The notes beneath the pieces are model-generated. The model did no database searches. It saw nothing but the letters and a program-made list of their open reading frames with translations, and was not told the origin of the DNA. The translations under genes and the position numbers were made by a program. From Polyangiaceae bacterium (GTDB taxonomy: Bacteria; Myxococcota_A; Polyangia; Polyangiales; Polyangiaceae), in assembly GCA_050287085.1 (NCBI GenBank), contig JBNKBE010000006.1, positions 74,381 to 138,380 on the forward strand: 64,000 nucleotides of DNA, read 5' to 3'. Of this stretch, positions 28,780-38,517 are shown in pieces (positions within the stretch are counted from its first letter, which is position 1; every line of letters begins with the position of its first letter).

Positions 28780-30156
28780 TCAACGGTACGCATCATGCTC
28801 CCTCCGACGCTCGCTGATGTCGGCCTCGTTGGTGCTGGCAGACAAGATCTCGTAGAGCTGCGCGCGCTTGCCCTCACGTGGTCGCAATATGCGTCCCAGG
28901 CGCTGCACATGCTCTCGGACGCTGCCGCTGCCGCTGACGACAATGGCCGCACTCGCTTCGGGCACGTCAACGCCCTCATTGAGCACCTTCGAGGTGGCAA
29001 TGGCAGTGAGAGTGCCACGCTTGAAGTCGTTCAAAATCTCCGTGCGCTCGCTCACCTTGGTCTGGTGCGAGATGACAGGCAATAGAAAGCGACGGCCGAT
29101 CTCGTAGGCGGTGCGATTGTCCTGAGTGAAGATCAGTGTTCTGTCGGCTGCGTGCTGCACGAGGAGACGTCCGACCAGCTCAAGCTTCGCGCTAGAGGCC
29201 AGCGCCAGCTCCTTCTGCCGTCGGTAGGCGCGCATGGCCGCCCGTCCCTCCTCCGTCGCGGCAGAGCGCATGATGAAGTCACCGAAGCCGGTGGGGGTCC
29301 CCATGCGGATCCCCTGCTTGCGCACGAATGCCAAGTAGCTGGTACGCGACGCCTCGTACTCAGCGCGCTCCTCGGCACTCAACTCCACCTCTAGGCGTCG
29401 AATGTCGTATTCCGCCAGGAAGCTGCCCCGCAACGCCCGGATCTGTTCCTCATAGACAACGGGACCGATCAGCGCCTCCAGCTCACTCTCTCGGCCGTCC
29501 GTGCGAGCCGGGGTCGCGCTCAATCCGAGGCGATAAGGTGCCAGACACTGTTTGGCTGCCAAGGCATACGCCTCGCTTGGAAGATGGTGACACTCGTCGA
29601 ATACCACCAACCCGAAGCGGTTGCCGATGTTCTCCATGTGGATGTACGCCGAGTCATAGGTGGTCACCGTCAACGGCTCCAGCCGGTAGTCACCGCCCCC
29701 GATCAGCCCAACAGCAACTCCGAAGCTCGCGCTGAGCAGCTGATGCCACTGCTGCATCAGGTCCAGCGTCGGAACCACCACGAGCGTCGAACGACGCTTC
29801 TGAGCGATAGCCATCGCTGCGACAAAACTCTTGCCAGCGCCGGTGGGAAGCACCACCACGCCGCGCGCACTGGCTGCAAGCCAGGCCTGCAGCGCCGCTT
29901 CCTGGTAGTCGCGAGGGGTGCGATCCGTTGGCAGACGCACGTCCAACTCGTCGTAGGCCCGGGCCCGATCCTCGAACGGAATCCTCCCGTATACGGCGCG
30001 AACGATCGCCGCGTAATGCACAGCCGGAGCGCGCAGGCATCCGCTGCGAGGATCGGCGACCGTCAGCTCACCCAAAGGACCGCCGGCGGCATCGAAGCCA
30101 CGCAACTCCAGGGTTCCGCCCCGAAAGTCCAGCGAAGGGACTGAACTCGCGTTCAT
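28780..30156 (-). CDS. XPB/Rad25-like SF2 helicase
   Basis: RDYQ, LPTGAGKS, DECHH, GLSATP, VLNEGVDVP, QRLGRILR. Confidence 0.92.
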   Translation of the reverse strand: MNASSVPSLDFRGGTLELRGFDAAGGPLGELTVADPRSGCLRAPAVHYAAIVRAVYGRIPFEDRARAYDELDVRLPTDRTPRDYQEAALQAWLAASARGVVVLPTGAGKSFVAAMAIAQKRRSTLVVVPTLDLMQQWHQLLSASFGVAVGLIGGGDYRLEPLTVTTYDSAYIHMENIGNRFGLVVFDECHHLPSEAYALAAKQCLAPYRLGLSATPARTDGRESELEALIGPVVYEEQIRALRGSFLAEYDIRRLEVELSAEERAEYEASRTSYLAFVRKQGIRMGTPTGFGDFIMRSAATEEGRAAMRAYRRQKELALASSAKLELVGRLLVQHAADRTLIFTQDNRTAYEIGRRFLLPVISHQTKVSERTEILNDFKRGTLTAIATSKVLNEGVDVPEASAAIVVSGSGSVREHVQRLGRILRPREGKRAQLYEILSASTNEADISERRREHDAYR

Positions 30157-30225
30157 TCCCTTGCTTCTACCATCGATGCCCGCCGAGCCGAAGCCCCCGT
30201 GCGGTGGGCCACCGTCCAGGCGGTA

Positions 30226-31815
30226 TCAGATCTTCGGACCGCCGCTCAAAATATCCGGCCCAGCCTGCGCCTCGTACTTCCGGAAGTTCTCGTGAAACGC
30301 CGCGGCGAGCTTCTTTGCAGTTGCGTCGTAGGCGGCTCCGTCCACCCAGGTGCTGCGCGGCTGCAACACACGGGCCGGCACGCCGTCGCACTCGGTGGGG
30401 ATCTGAAAGCCAAAGATCGGATCCGCCTCACAACGGGCCTCCTGCAAGCGTCCGCCGACGATGCCCTCCACGATAGCGCGGGTGTGAGGCAAGGACATCC
30501 GCCGCCCAACGCCAAAGGGGCCTCCCGTCCAACCGGTGTTGACGAGCCAAGCCTGACTCCCGTGTCGCTGCAGGCGTTCCTTGAGAAGCTCAGCGTAGCG
30601 CGCCGGATGCCACACGAGGAAAGGGCCACCAAAACAGGGAGAGAAGGTAGCTTCTGGCTCGTTGATACCCACTTCCGTACCCGCCACCTTCGCCGTGTAG
30701 CCGCTCATGAAGTGGTACATCGCCTGGTTGGCATCCAGCTTAGCCACGGGGGGCAAAACGCCAAAAGCGTCCGCAGTCAAGAAGATGACGTCCTTTGGAT
30801 GAGGCCCCACGCACGGGATCTGCACGTCGTCTATGTACTCGATCGGATAAGACGCGCGGGTGTTCTTCGTGATGGTGGTATTGCCAAATTCGACATTTCG
30901 GTCCGGCGCTAGCACCACGTTCTCAAGCACCGTCCCGAAGCGTATCGCCCGATAGAGCGCCGGCTCCTGCTCCGGGTTGAGATCGATCACCTTGGCGTAG
31001 CAACCCCCTTCGATATTGAACAACCCGTCGTCGGTCCAGCAGTGCTCATCATCGCCGATCAACAATCGGTGCGGATCGGCTGATAACGTCGTTTTGCCGG
31101 TACCGGACAGACCAAAGAGGACACAAGACTGCGCGCCATCACGCGACAACGTTGCCGAGCAGTGCATCGACAGTACGCCGCGCTTGGGCATCAGGTAGTT
31201 CATGACCGTGAAGACGCCCTTCTTCATCTCGCCTGCGTACTCGGTACCCAAGATGATGAGCTCCCGACGCGAGAAGCTCAGATCGACACTTGTCTTCGAC
31301 GACATACCCGTGGTGTGGGCATTGGCAGGGAACCCCCCGGCATTGAGCACAACGAAGTCGGGCGCTTCGAACCTATCCAGCTCTTCCGCCGTTGGACGGA
31401 TCAGCATGTTGTGCATGAACAAGGCGTGGTACGCACGCGCGCAAATGACCCGGACTTTGAGACGATACGCCGGATCCCATCCCGCGTAGCCGTCTACGAC
31501 GTACAGTCTCTTGCGGGTGTGAAGATAATCCAGAGCTCGCTCGCGATTGATCTCAAACGAATCAGATGTGAGCGGGATGTTAACGGGTCCCCACCACACT
31601 TCGTCTTCCGTCCCTGCCTCACGCACAACACGCTTGTCGGCGGGACTTCTGCCTGTGCGTTCTCCCGAGAGCGCCACCAAGGCGCCCGAGCCTGCGATCT
31701 GCGAGCCGTGCTCTCGAGACAACGCAAGCTCGTACAGCTCAGCTGGCGTACGATTGCGTAGCAGCTCCGCATTGCCCAGACCATACGCGGCCATTTCCTT
31801 CTGAAATACGCCCAT
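30226..31815 (-). CDS. pckA: Phosphoenolpyruvate carboxykinase (ATP)
   Basis: TGRSP, YAGEMKKG, GLSGTGKTTLS, IGDDEH, NIEGGCYAK; GAGGAGG SD before ATG 31815. Confidence 0.97.
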   Translation of the reverse strand: MGVFQKEMAAYGLGNAELLRNRTPAELYELALSREHGSQIAGSGALVALSGERTGRSPADKRVVREAGTEDEVWWGPVNIPLTSDSFEINRERALDYLHTRKRLYVVDGYAGWDPAYRLKVRVICARAYHALFMHNMLIRPTAEELDRFEAPDFVVLNAGGFPANAHTTGMSSKTSVDLSFSRRELIILGTEYAGEMKKGVFTVMNYLMPKRGVLSMHCSATLSRDGAQSCVLFGLSGTGKTTLSADPHRLLIGDDEHCWTDDGLFNIEGGCYAKVIDLNPEQEPALYRAIRFGTVLENVVLAPDRNVEFGNTTITKNTRASYPIEYIDDVQIPCVGPHPKDVIFLTADAFGVLPPVAKLDANQAMYHFMSGYTAKVAGTEVGINEPEATFSPCFGGPFLVWHPARYAELLKERLQRHGSQAWLVNTGWTGGPFGVGRRMSLPHTRAIVEGIVGGRLQEARCEADPIFGFQIPTECDGVPARVLQPRSTWVDGAAYDATAKKLAAAFHENFRKYEAQAGPDILSGGPKI

Positions 31816-31949
31816 GTCGTCCTCCTCTTCCGAATGTAGGGGCGCGCCTGCTCGCACCCGCCTCGTGCAGCCTAAAACGCACCAATGCGCTGAACGGATA
31901 ACCGCGAAAGGTCACCGATATTGATCCCCTCGAGTGTATCGGCCCGCCA

Positions 31950-32561
31950 TCAGCCGACAGGCATCACGCGGCTCGCCGTGTCGGCCACACGACTTACATA
32001 GTGGTAGACGGGATGATGCTCAAAATGCGGCAGCGGGTGCTCTCCGGCCTTGAGCGGTGGTTCGACGGCGGGCAGCCGATGACCCTGGAAGAAGTCGCGC
32101 GGCCGCAAGACCAGAACGCCGCAGGGAGCACGCCGCACAACCGCCTCGGCAACAGAGCCTAGCAACATGCGACTTACCCCTGAGCGACTGTGGGTTCCTA
32201 GGATGACCAGCGAGGCCTCTATGGCTGTCGCCAGTGCTACGATGCGCTCCGCAGGGTGCCCGGCGGCGACGTACACCGCGATCTTCTCGACCGGTACCTG
32301 GCCCGACTCGCGCTGATGGACGTCTACCAGCTGAGCGATACGCTGCCGAACGAGTTCACTGGCCGCATCCTGCTCCAGAACGTCCTCGGCCCCTGGGATC
32401 CGCAGCATGCTTCCTTCGTACGCACCAACGCATAGGACATGAACCTCCACATGACTCCTTCGCTGCGTCTGACTCAGCGCCTCGAAGAAGGCTCGCTCCG
32501 CGAGCTCGGAAAAGTCGAATGCAACAACTACCTTGTAGGCCGGTGTGTTTGTCTCTGTCAT
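31950..32561 (-). CDS. Universal stress protein with His-rich C-terminal tail
   Basis: VVVAFDFS, GHPAERI, ILGTHSRSGVSRMLLGSVAEAVVRRAPCGV; GAGGAGG SD. Confidence 0.9.
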   Translation of the reverse strand: MTETNTPAYKVVVAFDFSELAERAFFEALSQTQRRSHVEVHVLCVGAYEGSMLRIPGAEDVLEQDAASELVRQRIAQLVDVHQRESGQVPVEKIAVYVAAGHPAERIVALATAIEASLVILGTHSRSGVSRMLLGSVAEAVVRRAPCGVLVLRPRDFFQGHRLPAVEPPLKAGEHPLPHFEHHPVYHYVSRVADTASRVMPVG

Positions 32562-32633
32562 GGGATCCTCCTCGATGGCTCTCTTGGACTGGGCGGGCAA
32601 ACTCGCTGACCGCCACTGTGCTGCCCGTCGGGA

Positions 32634-32649
32634 TGCACTTGCCGTGCCA
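32634..32649 (-). promoter_or_regulatory. Putative sigma54 promoter for the USP gene
   Basis: Minus strand TGGCACGGCAAGTGCA, GG-N10-GC. Confidence 0.65.
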
Positions 32650-32947
32650 CTACACAGACCGCCCCCGACCTCGTCACACGGCCAGAGCGCGCAAGCTTTT
32701 CCACACCTCATCCCAAACGAGAAACCCTTGCGGACCCCAGCTGAAGTCGTGTGGCCACCGCCGGCGGGATGAATGAGGGGAGGACATACGCCAAGACGCG
32801 CTCCTCGTCGCGCCTCGCAAGGCGTCTCGCCGCGCCGGGGCCTCTGACGCGTCTCAGATGCGACGGTGGATCTGAAACGAAGACCACAATGGTTGCAAGA
32901 CCAGGGAGGTAGCAGCTCTCGGAGGTGGCAGAGCGCTTCTCATGAGC

Positions 32948-33021
32948 GCGTACGCGCCGTTCTTCGACGGCGGCGCTGGGCGTACGCGCCGTTCTTCGAC
33001 GACGGCGCTGGGCGTACGCGC
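32948..33021. repeat. 32-bp tandem repeat (2 copies + partial), each with an internal hairpin
   Basis: GCGTACGCGCCGTTCTTCGACG(G/A)CGGCGCTGG. Confidence 0.85.
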
Positions 33022-33286
33022 TGCGTGCGTGCCGTCGGGCAAGGAGTCCCGGTGATGTAGCGCGGCGGCGCCGCAGCGAACAGGCTGGTGTTCGCCCGGA
33101 GCAGCCCAGCCACTGCGCATCGTTGTTTGCGTGCGCCGTTTCCCCCAGCCCACACATTGCGGCCCCTCGGAGCCCACGCGTTGAAGGGTGAGCTACGGGA
33201 GTAGCTCAAGGAGAGGGCTGCGACGAGCCCTCCCCCCAGAGCAAGGGGATTTTGCTGCGCAATGCGGCTTTCCCGTTCGCGGGCTC

Positions 33287-33790
33287 TTAGCTTTCCGCGG
33301 CGTTCTGCCCCACCGTCGCTGGGGCGGGTACGATCATCACCGGGCACGCGGCGTGACGCAAGGTATGCTCTGCGACGCTACCCAGTACCAAACGCCTGAT
33401 GCCAGTGCGTCCGTGGCTTCCGATCACGATCAGGTCCACTTGCCGTTCGTCGGCGATTTCCAGGATCTTCACCCGCGGATCCCCGGATACGACAAACCAC
33501 TCAACCTCAACGCCTGCCGCCTCCGCATTCTCTTCACGGATAAACTCGACCATCGTCTCGGCGGCCGCGTGCCGTACCCGCTCGAACAAATCGTGCTGAG
33601 CACGGTACAACTCGTCGCTGGCAATCGCTCGTGGCGCGAAGGGTGCAGCCCAGACAAACACCGCTAGCACACGGCTATTTCCCGCCCGAGCCAACGCAAG
33701 CGCTCGGCGAAAAGCCAAGCGACTTCCAACTTCATAGTCAATGGGAACAAGAATCGTCTTGGGCAATTGCGTTACGTCCAACTCAGTCAT
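33287..33790 (-). CDS. Universal stress protein
   Basis: ILVPID, GDPRVKI, LIVIGSHGRTG..LGSVAE..CPV. Confidence 0.93.
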   Translation of the reverse strand: MTELDVTQLPKTILVPIDYEVGSRLAFRRALALARAGNSRVLAVFVWAAPFAPRAIASDELYRAQHDLFERVRHAAAETMVEFIREENAEAAGVEVEWFVVSGDPRVKILEIADERQVDLIVIGSHGRTGIRRLVLGSVAEHTLRHAACPVMIVPAPATVGQNAAES

Positions 33791-33793
33791 GGC

Positions 33794-34246
33794 TCACTTC
33801 TTGTCACGGAGGGGGATCGTCAACACGGGGCAGTGGGCGCCTCGAACAACTTTCTCGGCGACGCTGCCGAGCATCAAACGAGGCAATCCACTGCGGCCAT
33901 GGGTGCCCATGACGACCAGATCGTACTCCTCATCCTCAAGCGCTGATATGACCGTAGCCGCAGGTGGTCCGAGCCTAACTTCATGAGTTAGTTCGCAGTC
34001 GGCGGCGTTCTGCTTGAGAAAGCTCTCGAACTGGAGGCGCGCCTCGCGTTCGATGTGATCCCCCAGCGGTGCGTCGAGTTCGCCCATGACCACAACCACA
34101 TGCGCCGGAACCATAGTGGGTATCTCCACCGCGTGCATGGCATGCACTTTGGCCCCGAAGGTTCGTTGCAATAGAGCCGCATAGTGTAATGCCGCTTTCG
34201 AACAGTCGGAGAAGTCGACAGGAACAAGTATCTTCTTAAACGGCAT
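33794..34246 (-). CDS. Universal stress protein
   Basis: FKKILVPVDFS, LVVMGTHGRSG..LGSVAEKVVR..CPV. Confidence 0.93.
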   Translation of the reverse strand: MPFKKILVPVDFSDCSKAALHYAALLQRTFGAKVHAMHAVEIPTMVPAHVVVVMGELDAPLGDHIEREARLQFESFLKQNAADCELTHEVRLGPPAATVISALEDEEYDLVVMGTHGRSGLPRLMLGSVAEKVVRGAHCPVLTIPLRDKK

Positions 34247-34282
34247 ACTGCCTCTTTCTTGGAGTGTAGACTTTCCCTGGCA

Positions 34283-35665
34283 TCAGGAGACTTCAAACAG
34301 CGGTCCGCCCCCTTTGGGCGACGACTTGTACTCCTGAAGCTTGTACTGAATTTTGCGAACGCTGATACCCAGCCGGTCCGCCGCGCGGCTCGTCGAGCCC
34401 CCTTCGGCCTCCAAGGTCGTCAAGATGGCGTACCTCTCGATATCCGCCAACGTTGCGCCCGGTATGGCTGGCCCGTTTGCGTTGGCGCGCATGGGCAACA
34501 ACTCGGCCGGCAGATCCTCCGCTTCGATTCTGTCTCGAGTAGCAAGCACCACTGCGCGCTCCAACACGTTTTCCAGTTCCCGAACGTTGCCCGGCCAGTG
34601 GTAGCTGACCAAGCGCTGCAACGCCGACTCGGACAGTGACTGATGTGTCTTATTGTTCTCGGCAGCAGACTTCTCGAGAAAAAACGCGGCCAATGAGGGA
34701 ATATCCGTGGGTCTTTCGCGAAGCGCCGGCATGTGAATAGCAACGACGTTGAGACGATAGTAGAGATCCTCGCGAAAGGTTCCAGCCTCCACCATCGCAC
34801 GCAAGTCACGATTGGTCGCAGCAACCAGTCGTACGTCGGTGCGAATGGTCTGATTGCCTCCGACCCGCTCGAACTCTCTTTCTTGCAGCACCCGGAGCAG
34901 CTTCACCTGGATAGCAGGGGTGATATCACCAATCTCGTCCAGAAAGAGCGTTCCCCCATTGGCTGTTTCGAAGCGCCCCTCTCGCCGCCTTTCCGCTCCG
35001 GTGAAAGCCCCACGTTCATGTCCGAAGAGCTCACTCTCCAGAAGATTCTCAGCTAGGGCCGCACAATGAAGCTTCACAAACGGACCGCGCACCCGCTGTG
35101 AATGATGATGTACAGCAGCCGCAATGAGCTCTTTGCCCGTCCCCGATTCCCCCGTAATCAACACGCTCGCACGACTGGGCGCGACCTGCTGAACGGTCTT
35201 GAACACGCGCTGCATCGCTGGAGAATGGCCAATGATGTTGTCAAAGCTGAAGCGCTCGTCCAGGCGTCGCTTGAGTGCCTGAGTTTCCCGCCGCAATCGC
35301 CCCCGTTCGAGCGCGCGAGACAAGACGAGTAGGAGCGCGTCCGCGTTGAGGGGCTTGGTCAGGTAGTCATAAGCCCCCGATTGCATCGCTCGAACAGCGG
35401 TGTCCACAGCGCCGAAAGCCGTCATCACGACAACCCCAACGTCGCGATCGTGCTGCTGGATCTTGGCGATGAACTCAACGCCGTCCATGCCCGGCATCTT
35501 GAGGTCGGTCAGCACAACCTCCGGGGCAAAGTCCCGCAGCTTCGGCAAAGCCTTGAAGGCGTCCGCAGCTGTTTCTACATCGTACCCCTCGTCGCGCAAG
35601 ATCTCCGCGAGCGCATTGCGTGCGCTCGCCTCGTCATCCACGACCAAGATTCGTCCTTGAGGCAT
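34283..35665 (-). CDS. Sigma54-dependent response regulator (REC-AAA+-Fis HTH; NtrC/AtoC family)
   Basis: ILVVDDE, TDLKMPGMDG, GESGTGKE, ESELFGHERGAFTGA, WPGNVRELEN, C-terminal HTH. Confidence 0.95.
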   Translation of the reverse strand: MPQGRILVVDDEASARNALAEILRDEGYDVETAADAFKALPKLRDFAPEVVLTDLKMPGMDGVEFIAKIQQHDRDVGVVVMTAFGAVDTAVRAMQSGAYDYLTKPLNADALLLVLSRALERGRLRRETQALKRRLDERFSFDNIIGHSPAMQRVFKTVQQVAPSRASVLITGESGTGKELIAAAVHHHSQRVRGPFVKLHCAALAENLLESELFGHERGAFTGAERRREGRFETANGGTLFLDEIGDITPAIQVKLLRVLQEREFERVGGNQTIRTDVRLVAATNRDLRAMVEAGTFREDLYYRLNVVAIHMPALRERPTDIPSLAAFFLEKSAAENNKTHQSLSESALQRLVSYHWPGNVRELENVLERAVVLATRDRIEAEDLPAELLPMRANANGPAIPGATLADIERYAILTTLEAEGGSTSRAADRLGISVRKIQYKLQEYKSSPKGGGPLFEVS

Positions 35666-35732
35666 CGTCTTCTACCGCGTCTTTCGTTCCCTTTCTTGCG
35701 CCCTTTGCGCAAGAGCCGGCACCCGCTGCGTC

Positions 35733-35749
35733 TGCAATACTCGGGCCAA
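35733..35749 (-). promoter_or_regulatory. Putative sigma54 promoter for the regulator-USP-USP unit
   Basis: Minus strand TTGGCCCGAGTATTGCA. Confidence 0.7.
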
Positions 35750-35778
35750 TCAAATCATGCGCAACCCACCCCCCAATC

Positions 35779-35823
35779 GCGCACATTTTGCACAGCCACC
35801 CTCAACTAGCGCAACGGTTGCCC
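35779..35823. promoter_or_regulatory. Pair of candidate activator boxes GCGCA-N5-TGC, 30 bp apart
   Basis: GCGCACATTTTGCAC at 35779; GCGCAACGGTTGCCC at 35809. Confidence 0.5.
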
Positions 35824-35994
35824 ACGTTCCCCCGATTGCTTTTTGGCAACGGGGGGCGTTTCGTCCGCCAGCATTCGGATCGCCGGTGAAACGAGATCGT
35901 CCAGTTGCCCGCGACGAGCGCCCCAGACAAACGCCACAAGAGCCCCGATGGCCATCAGCGTTGCTAGCGGAACAAGGATTATCAGAACACTCAT
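35806..35994 (-). CDS. ccoS: cbb3 oxidase assembly protein CcoS/FixS
   Basis: MSVLIILVP..AFVWGARRGQLDDL..PAIRML; start overlaps the ATPase stop. Confidence 0.9.
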   Translation of the reverse strand: MSVLIILVPLATLMAIGALVAFVWGARRGQLDDLVSPAIRMLADETPPVAKKQSGERGQPLR

Positions 35995-38447
35995 GTTTGC
36001 ATATTCCACGCTTTGAACAGACGCGCACGAAGCGAATTCGCGAGCACGGACAATGACGAAAGCGGCATCAAGATAGCAGCCCAAAGCGGGGAGATGTGCC
36101 CTGATACCGCCAACGCCGCGGCGAGCAGATTGTACCCCAGACTGAACGCTAGGTTCTGCCGAATCGTGCTGAGCGTGCGGTGGCTGCCGAGAAGTAATTC
36201 CACCAAGGGAGCCAGTCCAGCGCGAGTGGCAAATACGTCGGCGGCCGCCAAGCTTGCCTCAGCCCCACCATGCACCGCGATCCCTACGTGTGCCGCCGTC
36301 AGAGCCGCGGCGTCGTTGACACCGTCACCGACCATGATCACCGGGCGGTGCGCGCTGTGCTTCCGCACGAACTCAAGTTTGTCTTCGGGTGAACACCGGC
36401 CGCGCACCTCGAGCAGCGGCAAGCCCAAGGTCGCCGCAACGCCCGCGACAACCGCGGGGTGGTCCCCGGATAGAATGGCCAACTCATGTCCCCGTGCAAT
36501 GAACTGCTCCAGCGCCCGACGCGCCTCCGGGCGCAATGCGTCCCCGATGCCGAGAACGGTTGCCAGCTCCCCGTCGACTGCGACAAAGACCGGTGACTCG
36601 CCGCGAGCCACAACGGCCACGGCTTCTGGATGCGCTCTCAGCTGAGCTTCCGTTGGGGCCGCGCCCTCTCCCTTTCGCAGCGCTCTTCGAACCCATTCGG
36701 AACGCCCCACGGCGACCGAATGCCCTCCCACCTGGGCGACAACGCCTTGGCCAAGCTCTTCGACGCAACGCTCCACCACCGGCAGTTCACCGGTCTGGGG
36801 TAATGCTCTAATCGCTTCAGCAACGGGGTGTCGCGACTGCGCCTCAGCGGCTTGGATCAAGCCCAGCAAAGCGGGCTCCTCAGGAGCGCGCGTCACCGTC
36901 AGGCGCCCTTCGGTGAGCGTACCGGTCTTATCCAATACCACAAGCGCAGGCCGAGTGAGCTGCTCCAGGTACTTGCCACCCTTGACCAGCAGACCGCGGC
37001 GAGCCGCTTGTCCAACGGCCACGCTGGTCAGAAGCGGTGTAGCGAGGCCCAGGGCGCACGGACAGGTCACGATTAAGACGGTCGCTCCAATCTCGAGAGC
37101 TCCAACCCAGCCGTTCGGAAGCCAGAACAAGAAGGCCCCCACCGCCAGCAGCAACACGACCGCAAGGAAATAGCTCGACAAGCGATTAGCCAGCTCCGTC
37201 ACGTCCGACTTGTATTGGGCGGCAGCGTTCAACTCCTCCACGATATGCGCCAGGCGCGTCTTGGTTCCGGGCACCGAGGTGCGCACCAATAGGCGAGCAT
37301 TGAGGTTGACGGTGCCGGCCAGCACCTCATCGCCCGGCCCGACGAAAACGGGGCGCGACTCCCCCGAAAGGAGGGATTGGTCCACGCGACTTTCCCCCTC
37401 GACGACGTGGGCATCGACCCCAACGCTTTGTCCCGGCAGGAGCTCTACGAGCGCCCCCACCGGGACATCCAGAGTGGCAATCTCCCGCACGCGACCGTCT
37501 TGCCAGAGACGCGCCTTAGAGGGCGCCAACGCTCGCAGCAAGTCGGTGGCCCTAGCCGCGACCCGTTGCTGCTTCATCTGGAGCCAGCGCCCCACCAAGA
37601 GGAGCAGAACGAGCATGGTCACCGAATCGAAGTAGATTTCGCCCTCGGCCCGAAACGTCGCCACGGTGCCTGTGACCAAAGCCGCCAGAATGCCAAGACT
37701 GATAGGCAAGTCCATGTGTGCGGTTCGCGTCCGGATTGCCGTGAGGGCTCCGCGAAAGAAAGGCCAGGCACTCCACAAGGTGCAGGGGACCGCGATCGAC
37801 CAAGACAACCAGCGAAAGAGCTGAACCGTCTCGTCGCTCATGCCGTAGGCATCCCCGCTATACAACGCTACGGACGCGAGCATAACGTTGCCAAAAGCGG
37901 CCCCGGCAACTCCCATACGCACAAGCAACGCTCGCTCCGCGCGCGTGCGGTCACGCCCCACGTCGAGCATGTCATTCGACGTCGCCACGTGCGGGAGGTA
38001 GCCCAATGAATCCAGCTTGCGAGCGATGTCACCGAGCGACACCTCCGACGGCTCGTAGCGTACGGTGAGCCGCGCGTCAGCGTAGTTGAGTCGCGCATGG
38101 CTCACCCCGGTCAAGAGCGTCGGTAGCTTCTCGAGGAGCCACAAACACGCAGCGCAGTGAACACCGTCGACGAAGAACTCAACTTCGCGTCCTGCTGGCA
38201 ACTCTCGACTGAAGCGGGCCATCGCCTCCTCCCCGTCGAGCTCCGCATAGCTGTCTCCCCGGGTTGTTGGTCGAGGCGGAGGCTGCTCTCGAAGCGAATA
38301 ATACCCCTCGAGCCCCGCACCGTGGAGCGCTGAGTAAACAGCTTCGCAACCGGCGCAACAAAATGCGTAGCTTCCGGGCTCTGCGATGGACTGCTGACAG
38401 TGCTTGCACCGCATCACGACGGAAGAATTACACGCGCTCGATGCCAT
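35991..38447 (-). CDS. ccoI: Copper-type P1B ATPase CcoI/FixI
   Basis: CKHC..FCCAGC, HCAAC, SGES, CPCALGLATP, DKTGTLT, GDGVNDA. Confidence 0.92.
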   Translation of the reverse strand: MASSACNSSVVMRCKHCQQSIAEPGSYAFCCAGCEAVYSALHGAGLEGYYSLREQPPPRPTTRGDSYAELDGEEAMARFSRELPAGREVEFFVDGVHCAACLWLLEKLPTLLTGVSHARLNYADARLTVRYEPSEVSLGDIARKLDSLGYLPHVATSNDMLDVGRDRTRAERALLVRMGVAGAAFGNVMLASVALYSGDAYGMSDETVQLFRWLSWSIAVPCTLWSAWPFFRGALTAIRTRTAHMDLPISLGILAALVTGTVATFRAEGEIYFDSVTMLVLLLLVGRWLQMKQQRVAARATDLLRALAPSKARLWQDGRVREIATLDVPVGALVELLPGQSVGVDAHVVEGESRVDQSLLSGESRPVFVGPGDEVLAGTVNLNARLLVRTSVPGTKTRLAHIVEELNAAAQYKSDVTELANRLSSYFLAVVLLLAVGAFLFWLPNGWVGALEIGATVLIVTCPCALGLATPLLTSVAVGQAARRGLLVKGGKYLEQLTRPALVVLDKTGTLTEGRLTVTRAPEEPALLGLIQAAEAQSRHPVAEAIRALPQTGELPVVERCVEELGQGVVAQVGGHSVAVGRSEWVRRALRKGEGAAPTEAQLRAHPEAVAVVARGESPVFVAVDGELATVLGIGDALRPEARRALEQFIARGHELAILSGDHPAVVAGVAATLGLPLLEVRGRCSPEDKLEFVRKHSAHRPVIMVGDGVNDAAALTAAHVGIAVHGGAEASLAAADVFATRAGLAPLVELLLGSHRTLSTIRQNLAFSLGYNLLAAALAVSGHISPLWAAILMPLSSLSVLANSLRARLFKAWNMQT

Positions 38448-38517
38448 TTACCGCCGCCTCTACTTCCATTGCTCAAGCAAACCCAACGCCACTCATCCAG
38501 TCACAACGCGACTCGGT

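Noticed and set aside
31921..31934. FNR box upstream of pckA
   Set aside because: Only the TTGAT half-site; the second half reads TCGAG
32708..33347. ORFs in the gap between USP genes
   Set aside because: Arg/Ala-rich, run through a non-triplet repeat, no SD site or motif
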